Assembly: GCA_964545795.1 (NCBI GenBank)
Contig: CAZJGC010000001.1
Span: 6,585 to 70,584, forward strand
Direction of reading: 5' to 3'
Length of the DNA stretch: 64,000 nucleotides
Source of the DNA: an uncultured archaeon
Lineage (GTDB): Archaea > Aenigmatarchaeota > Aenigmatarchaeia > Aenigmatarchaeales > DAIDAN01
Part shown: piece by piece, positions 31,898 through 39,615 of the stretch
Numbering within the stretch: position 1 is the stretch's first letter
Layout: each line of letters opens with the position of its first letter
Program-made: the position numbers and the translations under genes
The notes under the pieces: model-generated
What the model saw: only the letters and a program-made list of their open reading frames with translations
Told to the model about the DNA's origin: nothing
The model's database searches: none

Positions 31898-32422
31898 ATG
31901 CAGAAAGTTATTGAAATACCGGAAAACCTGAAAGTTGAAGTGTCAGACTCAAAGGTTTCGGTAACAGGGGAAAAAGGCAGTCTGGAGAAGGCGTTTAATC
32001 TTCATTCTTTTCCGGGTTTAAAGATAGAAAAGAAAGATAATAAAATTGTTATTTCATCAGACAGTGACAGAAGAAAAGTGAAGGCAATGGTAGGCACAAT
32101 ATATGCTCATATAAGAAATATGATGAACGGCGTTACCGATGGATATACGTATAAAATGAAAATAGTTTATGTTCATTTCCCAATGACTGTAAAGGTTTCA
32201 GGAAATAAAGTAATTATAGAAAACTTCCTTGGAGAAAATAAAAACAGGACGGCGGAAATATTGGACGGGGTTAATGTTGAAGTTAAAGGCGAAGATGTTA
32301 TAGTTACTGGCATAAACAAGGAAAGCGTCGGGCAGACATGCGCAAACATAGAGCGCGCAACAAAAGTTTCATACAGAGACAGAAGAACATTTCAGGATGG
32401 CATATTTTTGGTAAGCAAGTGA
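31898..32422 (+). CDS. rpl6: 50S ribosomal protein L6 (uL6)
   Basis: Position and family pattern. Confidence 0.85.
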   Translation: MQKVIEIPENLKVEVSDSKVSVTGEKGSLEKAFNLHSFPGLKIEKKDNKIVISSDSDRRKVKAMVGTIYAHIRNMMNGVTDGYTYKMKIVYVHFPMTVKVSGNKVIIENFLGENKNRTAEILDGVNVEVKGEDVIVTGINKESVGQTCANIERATKVSYRDRRTFQDGIFLVSK

Positions 32423-32427
32423 TTTTT

Positions 32428-32814
32428 ATGAATCTGCTTAAATTAAGATTTCAAAAAAAGAGAAAAAAGCCGAATTTTTTAAGGCAGAATTGGTTTAGAT
32501 TAAAGAAGCTTGGCAAAAAATGGCGTGCTCCTAAAGGCAAGCAAAATAAGTTGAGAAGGCATTTTTTTGGAAAAGGGCATATTCCTTCCATAGGATATTC
32601 AAGCCCTTTGGCAGTGAGGGGTTTGCATCCGTCAGGACTTAAAGAAGTTTTGGTTTCAAATGTTTCAGATATTGAATCAATTGACAGTAAGACAGAATGC
32701 GTGAGGATATCATCTACTGTTGGGAGAAAAAAGAGGATTCAGATAGTTGAGGCTGCAAAAAGCAAAGGAATACGCGTGCTTAATGCTATAACTGTTGATA
32801 ATAAAAAAAGGTGA
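32428..32814 (+). CDS. rpl32e: 50S ribosomal protein L32e
   Basis: Internal Met start of the 32338 ORF (avoids overlap with L6). Basic, L32e-like. Confidence 0.8.
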   Translation: MNLLKLRFQKKRKKPNFLRQNWFRLKKLGKKWRAPKGKQNKLRRHFFGKGHIPSIGYSSPLAVRGLHPSGLKEVLVSNVSDIESIDSKTECVRISSTVGRKKRIQIVEAAKSKGIRVLNAITVDNKKR

Positions 32815-32825
32815 ATACAGTGTTT

Positions 32826-32981
32826 ATGATGATAGGCGGCAGAAGATGCCCTACCTGCGGCGTTGAGGGAGAGACATGGAGAAAAAATCCTGATGTTTTC
32901 CTTTGTCACAGATGCAATACAATTTACAATGAATTTGGAGTTGTTTTGCAGGGCAATAAAAGGGAAGATGTTTATATGTAA
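32826..32981 (+). CDS. hypothetical 51-aa zinc-ribbon protein
   Basis: CPTC...CHRC, between L32e and L19e. Not in the ORF track. Confidence 0.4.
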   Translation: MMIGGRRCPTCGVEGETWRKNPDVFLCHRCNTIYNEFGVVLQGNKREDVYM

Positions 32982-32993
32982 ATGGGGATTAGC

Positions 32994-33557
32994 ATGAATT
33001 TAAGGTCTCAAAGAAGATTGGCGTCAAAAGTATTGAAGTGCGGAATATCAAAGATATGGATAGATTCCAAAAGACTTGATAAAGTGAAGCAGGCAATAAC
33101 AAAAAAGGATATTCGCGGACTTATTAAAGACAAAATCATAAAAAAATTGCCTGATAAGAAGCCTGCAAAGTTGTCAACAAGGAGAAATCTTTTACAGAAG
33201 CTTAAAGGCAGGCAGAAAGGCGCAGGAAGCAGGAAAGGCGCGCATGGCGCCCGCGCAGGAAAAAAGGAGCGATGGCTGAAAATTGTCAGACCGCAAAGAG
33301 AACTGCTGCGTCAATTAAAGAAAGAAGGAAAAATAACAAGCCTGAATTACAGGAAAGTTTACAGATTAATAAAAGGAAATATGTTCAGAAGCAAACATCA
33401 CCTTGTTTTATATCTTAATGAGCATAATTTAGCTGATGTTGACATAAAAGAATTTGAAGCAAAAAGGAAAGAAGCAAAGCAGAAAGTGCGCGAGAAAAGG
33501 AGAGAAGAAATAAGGAAAATAAAGAAGAAATTGACAAAAAACAATAAAAAAATATAA
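32994..33557 (+). CDS. rpl19e: 50S ribosomal protein L19e
   Basis: Family pattern; lysine-rich C-terminus. Confidence 0.85.
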   Translation: MNLRSQRRLASKVLKCGISKIWIDSKRLDKVKQAITKKDIRGLIKDKIIKKLPDKKPAKLSTRRNLLQKLKGRQKGAGSRKGAHGARAGKKERWLKIVRPQRELLRQLKKEGKITSLNYRKVYRLIKGNMFRSKHHLVLYLNEHNLADVDIKEFEAKRKEAKQKVREKRREEIRKIKKKLTKNNKKI

Positions 33558-33590
33558 AGATTAGCAAGATAATTAAAAAGGGATGCAAAA

Positions 33591-34061
33591 ATGAAAATGA
33601 AACATAAGAGAAGAAGAAAGCAAAAAACGGATTACAGACTTAGGTTAAGGCTTTTGAAATCAGGAAAGCCAAGGCTTGTAATAAGAAAAAGCCTTGACAA
33701 TATCAGAGTCCAGTTTATAAATTTTAACATTGATGGAGACAGAACCGAAGCCTCCGCCTTTTCGCCTGAGTTAAAGAAATTGGGCTGGACTCATGGAACA
33801 GGAAATATTCCTGCTGCATATTTGACAGGGTTTATTGCAGGTTCACGCACAAAAATAAAGGAGGCTGTTCTTGATATAGGAATGCAGATGAGCACAAAAG
33901 GTTCAAGAATTTATGCTGCGCTTAAAGGGGTAATTGATGCAGGCGTCAAAGTTCCGCACTCTGAGGAAATCCTTCCGTCCATGGACAGAATCATGGGCAA
34001 GCATATAAGCCCGGAAATTGAAAAATCAGTTAGCATGATTATTGAAAAAATTAAGAAGTGA
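33591..34061 (+). CDS. rpl18: 50S ribosomal protein L18 (uL18)
   Basis: Family pattern and position. Confidence 0.85.
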   Translation: MKMKHKRRRKQKTDYRLRLRLLKSGKPRLVIRKSLDNIRVQFINFNIDGDRTEASAFSPELKKLGWTHGTGNIPAAYLTGFIAGSRTKIKEAVLDIGMQMSTKGSRIYAALKGVIDAGVKVPHSEEILPSMDRIMGKHISPEIEKSVSMIIEKIKK

Positions 34062-34069
34062 TGGTTTTT

Positions 34070-34864
34070 ATGGCAAAAAAAGGCGAAAAAACAGAAGAAG
34101 CAAAGCAGGATGAAGCAATGGAAGAGTTGGTTGAATCTGAAGACATAGTTGATGATGCATCCGAAATGAATCATGCAGTGTATGATTTTGAATGGAAGCC
34201 AAAGACAGAGATTGGCAGAAAAGTTGCGTCAGGGGAAATAACAGACATTGATGTTTTGTTCAGGAAAGGTATAAAAATTCCTGAGCCTGAAATAGTTGAT
34301 ATTCTTTTGCCTAATCTTGAAAGCGAAACAATTTTTATTGGGGGAAGCACAGGAAAAGGCGGCGGTATAAGAAGAACTGTAACAAGAAGAACTACGCGCA
34401 TGCATAAGAGTGGAAGAAGATATACTGCCTCTGCTATGGTTGTTATTGGCAACAAGGACGGATATGTTGGAATGGGATTTTCGCAGGGTCCTCCCGGCAG
34501 GCAGCAGGAGCTAATGAACAAGGCTTTAAGAAAAGCAAAGCTTAATATAATACCTGTCAGAAGAGGATGTGGTTCATGGGAGTGCAGATGTGATGGCGCG
34601 CACTCAATTCCAATGACAGTTGTTGGAAAAGCAGGTTCAGCAATAGTTGAACTAAAACCTGCACCAAAAGGCATAGGCCTTTGCGTAAGCGATGAGCTTA
34701 AAAAAGTTTTATTGCTTGCAGGAATAAAGGACGTATGGTCAAAAACCCGTGGCCAGACGCAGACAAGAATAAATTTGATTAGAGCAGTGTTTGATGCTTT
34801 ATCTATTCTTAATAGGTTTAAGATTAGCAGTGAGAGAAACATAATTACAGGGAGAAGTGTTTAA
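34070..34864 (+). CDS. rps5: 30S ribosomal protein S5 (uS5) with acidic N-terminal extension
   Basis: Core S5 domains, preceded by ~50 aa rich in E/D. Confidence 0.85.
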   Translation: MAKKGEKTEEAKQDEAMEELVESEDIVDDASEMNHAVYDFEWKPKTEIGRKVASGEITDIDVLFRKGIKIPEPEIVDILLPNLESETIFIGGSTGKGGGIRRTVTRRTTRMHKSGRRYTASAMVVIGNKDGYVGMGFSQGPPGRQQELMNKALRKAKLNIIPVRRGCGSWECRCDGAHSIPMTVVGKAGSAIVELKPAPKGIGLCVSDELKKVLLLAGIKDVWSKTRGQTQTRINLIRAVFDALSILNRFKISSERNIITGRSV

Positions 34865-34865
34865 T

Positions 34866-35285
34866 ATGTTTGCTGTGATAAGATTGAGAAGCGGTATAGG
34901 CATGAAGAAAGAAATAGAAGATACTTTGAAAATGTTGCGTCTGCACAGGAAGCATCACTGCGTTCTTTTAAAGAATTCTCCTTCTATTCTTGGCATGCTT
35001 CAGAAGGTAAAAGACTATGTTACATGGGGGGAGATTTCAGATGAAATGCTTGCAAAACTTGTTGAGAAGCGCGGCAGAAAGCCGGGGAACGTAAGATTGA
35101 CCAAAGAAGAGGCAGAAACTGCAGTTAATGAAATAAAAACTTCTGGAAAACCTTCTTCAATAAAACCTGTTTTCAGGTTGTCTCCTCCAAGCAAAGGCTT
35201 CAAATCAATAAAACAGCATTATCCAAAAGGAGATTTGGGATATAGAAAGGACAAAATAAATGATTTGCTGAAAAGAATGATATAG
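34866..35285 (+). CDS. rpl30: 50S ribosomal protein L30 (uL30)
   Basis: MFAVIRLRSG start. Normally followed by L15-secY, which here lie 23 kb upstream. Confidence 0.85.
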   Translation: MFAVIRLRSGIGMKKEIEDTLKMLRLHRKHHCVLLKNSPSILGMLQKVKDYVTWGEISDEMLAKLVEKRGRKPGNVRLTKEEAETAVNEIKTSGKPSSIKPVFRLSPPSKGFKSIKQHYPKGDLGYRKDKINDLLKRMI

Positions 35286-35660
35286 AGATTTTTATATTTT
35301 GTGCAATAATATTGATAAGCAATGCAACAAAAATTATTGCTCTTATTTCCGCTTCTTGTAATAATATAAATTATAAACAAGTAAACAGGACTGTTTAATA
35401 ATAAGCTCGAGTTGAGCATTAAAAACATTCTTGAATACGACTATAATGCCAAGCACGCAACCAGCAGCCACTAAAGAACACTTTTATTACTTCATCCATA
35501 TATATTTGGGTTTCTTTATTTATAGGTCTTAATTTACAGACGAAATGATAGACGTTAATTAAAACAAACTCTGGGACGGCGGGAACCGGCGAAATTCTTA
35601 ATAAAATAAGGAGGGGTTGCTTTTAATAATATCCTGCGAAGCAGACAATGTGTCCGAAGG

Positions 35661-35676
35661 ACTAAGGGCGGGCGTC
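35661..35676. repeat. left terminal inverted repeat of R-M cassette (CTAAGGGCGGGCGTCC)
   Basis: GC-rich 16-mer. Its reverse complement matches 37635-37650 at 13/16 ungapped or 15/16 with one gap. A related GGGACGGCGGGAACC copy lies at 35574-35588. Confidence 0.4.
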
Positions 35677-35741
35677 CGATAAATAAAAAACGAAAGCTTT
35701 ATAATAAAGCTTACATATACTTATTTAAGGAGGTTGTAAAA

Positions 35742-35978
35742 ATGTATCCTGATATAAAAAAACAGAAACATACCTCACTAATTATAGAAGTCCTAAAAGA
35801 AAATTCAAAAATTAGGAGAGGGGACTTGTATAAAGAAGTTATGAAAAAGCAAAAACAGAAATATGGAAAAACGACTACCTACCAAGTGATAAGCAGAGAT
35901 ATTGAGAGGCTTTTAAAGAAAAAAATAATAAAGGTTATTAGTGGGGGTCCTCGTTCGCAGATATTGAGTTTAAGATAA
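35742..35978 (+). CDS. small winged-helix DNA-binding protein (possible R-M controller)
   Basis: 78 aa, basic; wHTH-like. Confidence 0.5.
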   Translation: MYPDIKKQKHTSLIIEVLKENSKIRRGDLYKEVMKKQKQKYGKTTTYQVISRDIERLLKKKIIKVISGGPRSQILSLR

Positions 35979-35990
35979 GTAGATGATAAA

Positions 35991-36182
35991 ATGAGCCAAG
36001 AAGATGTGTTAAATATTTTGAAAGATTTAAAAGGGGAAGCCACTAGTAAGCAGATAAGAGAGATTGCAAAAAAGAGATTCCCTTATAGAACTCTTTATCT
36101 CTATGTTAATAATCGCTTAAAGAAATTGGAGAAAAATAAAAAAGTTAAAAAGGAAGGAGAAAAATGGAAGATAATACAATAA
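35991..36182 (+). CDS. small winged-helix DNA-binding protein (paralog of the upstream gene)
   Basis: 63 aa; overlaps the MTase start. Confidence 0.5.
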   Translation: MSQEDVLNILKDLKGEATSKQIREIAKKRFPYRTLYLYVNNRLKKLEKNKKVKKEGEKWKIIQ

Positions 36183-36946
36183 AAAATCTGTTAGAAAAAT
36201 ATCATATTAAAGATATGGGTAGTTGGGAAAATGTTAATGCAGATTTAATTATTACTGATCCACCATTTGGAATAGAATTTAGTGGTAAAAATGGAAACTA
36301 TCACAGAAATGGAGATAATGTAGTTGATGGATATGTTGAATGGAAAGTTGAAGAATACGCAGATAAAATAAGGCAATTATTAGAAACTATTAAAAAGAAT
36401 CTAAAAGAAAATGGACAATCTTTAATCTTCTCTGGTTGGAACAATAGCAATATCATTCATAATGAAATTTTAAAATTTAAAGGATTAACATTAAGGGGCA
36501 AAATGTATTGGGCTTATAATTTTGCTCCTGCGTGTAAATTAAGACCTGCTCATAATGTTTATGAAATCTTTTGGGTAACAAAAGGGGAAAAATGGCATTA
36601 TCATAAAAGATGCTCCACGATACACTGCGATAAAGGAGAACCAAATTTAACAACACTGATATTTAAAAGAGATTATAAAATGAATATGCCAAAATATCCT
36701 ACGAGATTACCATTTAAGCTGCTTCAATGTCTTTTAGAACATTTTTCAAACGAAAAAGATTTGATATTTGACCCTCTTGCTGGGAGTGGAATGTTGGGCG
36801 TTGTCGCTTATATGCTTAAGAGAAACTTTTTATTAGGGGATTTAAATAAAAATGGTAAAATTGTTTTTAAAGCATTATTAGATTATTATTTAAATAAAAA
36901 TGGTCTTGCTCAAGATCAAAAATTAATGACTTGGTGGAAAAAATGA
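36164..36946 (+). CDS. DNA methyltransferase, beta-class amino-MTase (N4-C or N6-A)
   Basis: Motif IV DPPF (IITDPPFG) precedes motif I (FDPLAGSGM). This permuted order is typical of beta-class MTases. Confidence 0.8.
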   Translation: MEDNTIKNLLEKYHIKDMGSWENVNADLIITDPPFGIEFSGKNGNYHRNGDNVVDGYVEWKVEEYADKIRQLLETIKKNLKENGQSLIFSGWNNSNIIHNEILKFKGLTLRGKMYWAYNFAPACKLRPAHNVYEIFWVTKGEKWHYHKRCSTIHCDKGEPNLTTLIFKRDYKMNMPKYPTRLPFKLLQCLLEHFSNEKDLIFDPLAGSGMLGVVAYMLKRNFLLGDLNKNGKIVFKALLDYYLNKNGLAQDQKLMTWWKK

Positions 36947-37632
36947 AGAAAGAAGAATTTTTGAAAATTGCAAAAGAAATTGCAGAAGGATTTAAAGATA
37001 TTCCTACATTATGGGACGGAAGAAAATCTATTTTAGAAATGAAAGAAGCAGGGTTTCCTCATTGGAGGCAAATGGAATGGATTGGTTGGTATTTTCAATT
37101 TTTGTGTGAAAAATTATTAAAAGATAAATTAGAAATACCAGGACCCAAATATGGTAATGTTGAATTTGATGGATTTAAAGTAATTCCTTGGGATTTTAAA
37201 GCTCATGCAATAAATACAAGCAGTCATAAAATCATTGTTAATGATAGTGAAGCAACATCAAAAGGTATTAAAGAATTTGGAAGTGTTGGACTAATCTTGG
37301 CCATGGGAGAAGTAAAATATAATGATGATGAGAGGACTTTTCAAAAATGGCATGAAGAATTAAAAGGCGGTAAATCTAAATATGAACTAGAAAGAATTAA
37401 AAGAGGAGCTTGGTCTAGATTAAGAAAAGTTGAATTTAAATTAGAGCAGATTTCTTTTATAAAAATAGATGATTCTGTTTTAGTTAAATGTGGCTCATTT
37501 CAAAGAGATTTTAGAAACTCTAATGGAACTCCAAGACGAGAAAAAGTTTTATTAGATTTAGAAAAATTAGATGAAGAAATTGTGTTTTTCTTAGATTTTA
37601 AACCAAAATCAAACCAGAAGAAGTTAAAATAA
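36931..37632 (+). CDS. putative restriction endonuclease partner of the MTase (hypothetical)
   Basis: 233 aa; overlaps the MTase stop by 16 nt (operonic). Possible PD-(D/E)xK-like D...DFK residues, not confirmed. Confidence 0.4.
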   Translation: MVEKMKKEEFLKIAKEIAEGFKDIPTLWDGRKSILEMKEAGFPHWRQMEWIGWYFQFLCEKLLKDKLEIPGPKYGNVEFDGFKVIPWDFKAHAINTSSHKIIVNDSEATSKGIKEFGSVGLILAMGEVKYNDDERTFQKWHEELKGGKSKYELERIKRGAWSRLRKVEFKLEQISFIKIDDSVLVKCGSFQRDFRNSNGTPRREKVLLDLEKLDEEIVFFLDFKPKSNQKKLK

Positions 37633-37634
37633 AA

Positions 37635-37650
37635 GGACGCCGCCCGTTAG
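37635..37650. repeat. right terminal inverted repeat of R-M cassette (GGACGCCGCCCGTTAG)
   Basis: Inverted copy of 35661-35676, 2 nt after the nuclease stop. Confidence 0.4.
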
Positions 37651-37946
37651 AAAAATCTTTGGGTAAGCATTGTGAACCGCTTAACCAATGTTAGATAAAG
37701 TTGCGAAGCAATTTTATTTTTTCTCTTTTGTTTTGTTGAGGTTAAGCGAAGGATTTTTCTTTTGATAAAGCAACCCCTCAATTTAGGGGTGGGTGGTGGG
37801 GGTTTTAGAGTTCGTTCTAACTTCTCCGTTCGTTCCACTCACTACGACCCTTTGAGATGCGCCAAAACTCCTTTTAAGGCATAAGATAGAAAAAATATTT
37901 ATAAAATTCTACTGAATATTTATCATTAAGAGAGGTTGAAATATAG

Positions 37947-38810
37947 ATGATAGACAAAAAGATTGAAAAAAACAAATCACAAATAAAAGAAACTATAATT
38001 TGTTTAATTTGTGTTATAATTTTCTTTGTTTTAATATATTATTTATATATTTTACTGTGTCCATTAATATTGTTTTCTTCTGTTACTGTTTCATTTCTTG
38101 TAATTATGTTTTATGAATTAATAAGAAACAAACTATATAAAAAACAATATCATAATGCTAACATTATTTTTTCATATCTGTTTCTGTTATCTTCTTTAAT
38201 ATTATTTGTTTCAATCTTATTTTTGTCTTTTCCAAATCAACCAGAAGGAAGAAATCTTACTCATCAGAATGTAAGTTTTGATATTTATATTATAAACCAT
38301 ATTTTCACAAAAGAGGATGTATTTAATTATATAAAAGAAGCAAACAAAATTTGGAATAAATATAATATTTCAATTTTGGCAGATGACATTTATTTTAAAG
38401 ATATTAATCTTTCTCGCGAGGAGATACAATACTTGTTTACAAAAGTAAATAATTCTAAGGAAGAGAATGAAGAATGTATAGAATATTTGCATATTCTTTC
38501 TAAATTTGTTAATAACGATAAAAAACTAAAAATTATTTTTTTAGATAATTTAGGAAGTAATATAAGGGGAAGGGGTTGTCTTTGTGGTTGTAGTTTTGCA
38601 ATAGTTGCTCCAGATAAATTATTTACTGATTTTACAGGGTGGGATCTTGCACACGAAATAGGGCATATATTGAATCTATATGATATTAATGAAAATATTA
38701 AAATGAATCTGATGAACAATCGACATAAACCTTTGTTTTTAAAATCAGATTATTTGTCGCAAGAGCAAGTTAACAACGTAACTAAAAAGGCTATAAGTTT
38801 GAACACATGA
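37947..38810 (+). CDS. membrane-anchored putative zinc metallopeptidase (HEXXH)
   Basis: Two N-terminal TM helices and a DLAHEIGHIL motif. Confidence 0.55.
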   Translation: MIDKKIEKNKSQIKETIICLICVIIFFVLIYYLYILLCPLILFSSVTVSFLVIMFYELIRNKLYKKQYHNANIIFSYLFLLSSLILFVSILFLSFPNQPEGRNLTHQNVSFDIYIINHIFTKEDVFNYIKEANKIWNKYNISILADDIYFKDINLSREEIQYLFTKVNNSKEENEECIEYLHILSKFVNNDKKLKIIFLDNLGSNIRGRGCLCGCSFAIVAPDKLFTDFTGWDLAHEIGHILNLYDINENIKMNLMNNRHKPLFLKSDYLSQEQVNNVTKKAISLNT

Positions 38811-38857
38811 AGTACTATTTTTGATATTTTATATAATAATTGTGGAAAGTGTTTAAA

Positions 38858-39271
38858 ATGCCAAATGAAATTTTTATAAGTTTGAAGCCGAAATTTGCAG
38901 AACTTATCAGGCAAAGAAAAAAGACGCATGAATTCAGGTCATACAAGCCGCGATATAAAATTAACAGGTTCTGGATTTATGTGACGCAACCGATAGCATT
39001 GCTAAAATATGTTGCGGAAGTTGGAGAACCAGCAGAGTATCCGGAAAAAATTCCTGAAACAGGCATAGGAAACAGGGAATTTAATAAAGGTTTGAAGACT
39101 TCTAATTATGCTTTTCCAATATTGCATTTATATGAATTAAAACAGCCTATATCTTTGCAAAAACTAAAAGAGAAATTTGGTTTTGCACCGCCTCAAAGTT
39201 TTGCTTACATCAATAGATATAAATCTCTTGCAGAATGCGTGAGAGCCTCTGGCTTAAGAAGGATATTCTGA
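38858..39271 (+). CDS. ASCH-domain protein
   Basis: GxKxxExR-like motif (RKKTHEFR) near the N-terminus; ~137 aa. Confidence 0.5.
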   Translation: MPNEIFISLKPKFAELIRQRKKTHEFRSYKPRYKINRFWIYVTQPIALLKYVAEVGEPAEYPEKIPETGIGNREFNKGLKTSNYAFPILHLYELKQPISLQKLKEKFGFAPPQSFAYINRYKSLAECVRASGLRRIF

Positions 39272-39615
39272 ATTAATTTATATTCTCCTTATATTCTCCA
39301 GCATATAGATTTAATATTCAATTATACTATAAAATGGCACTAAACAAGTATTCTGGCAAATATATTTTCTTTTGTAAAAATGCTTTTTATCCCTGAAATT
39401 AAAAAGGAAATATGAGAGAGAAAAGGGGCAGGTGTCTGCAAAAAAGCGATTTTGACGAGCATGGAAATTTGATATGGAAAGGCGACTTATGCATTGATGT
39501 GGAAGCAGTAAAGAAATTTAACAGAAAAAACAAATTATGAAAACTCTCTTTTACAGCAGTATATGCTTCTGATGCGACCAAAAGATTTATAAGTTGTTTT
39601 TCTTATAAGATAGTC

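Noticed and set aside
35590-35680. GC-rich patch after uL30, tested as a possible tRNA
   Set aside because: No D-loop/T-loop consensus or acceptor pairing could be built. The GC content is better explained by the left inverted repeat and its related upstream copy.
37647-37838. 63-aa minus-strand ORF in the ORF track
   Set aside because: It lies over the right inverted repeat and the G-rich block, is Pro/Lys-rich and has no start context or conservation signal. It was treated as non-coding.
39399-39581. 60-aa minus-strand ORF upstream of ppsA
   Set aside because: No RBS or motif; it sits in the ppsA promoter region and is likely spurious.
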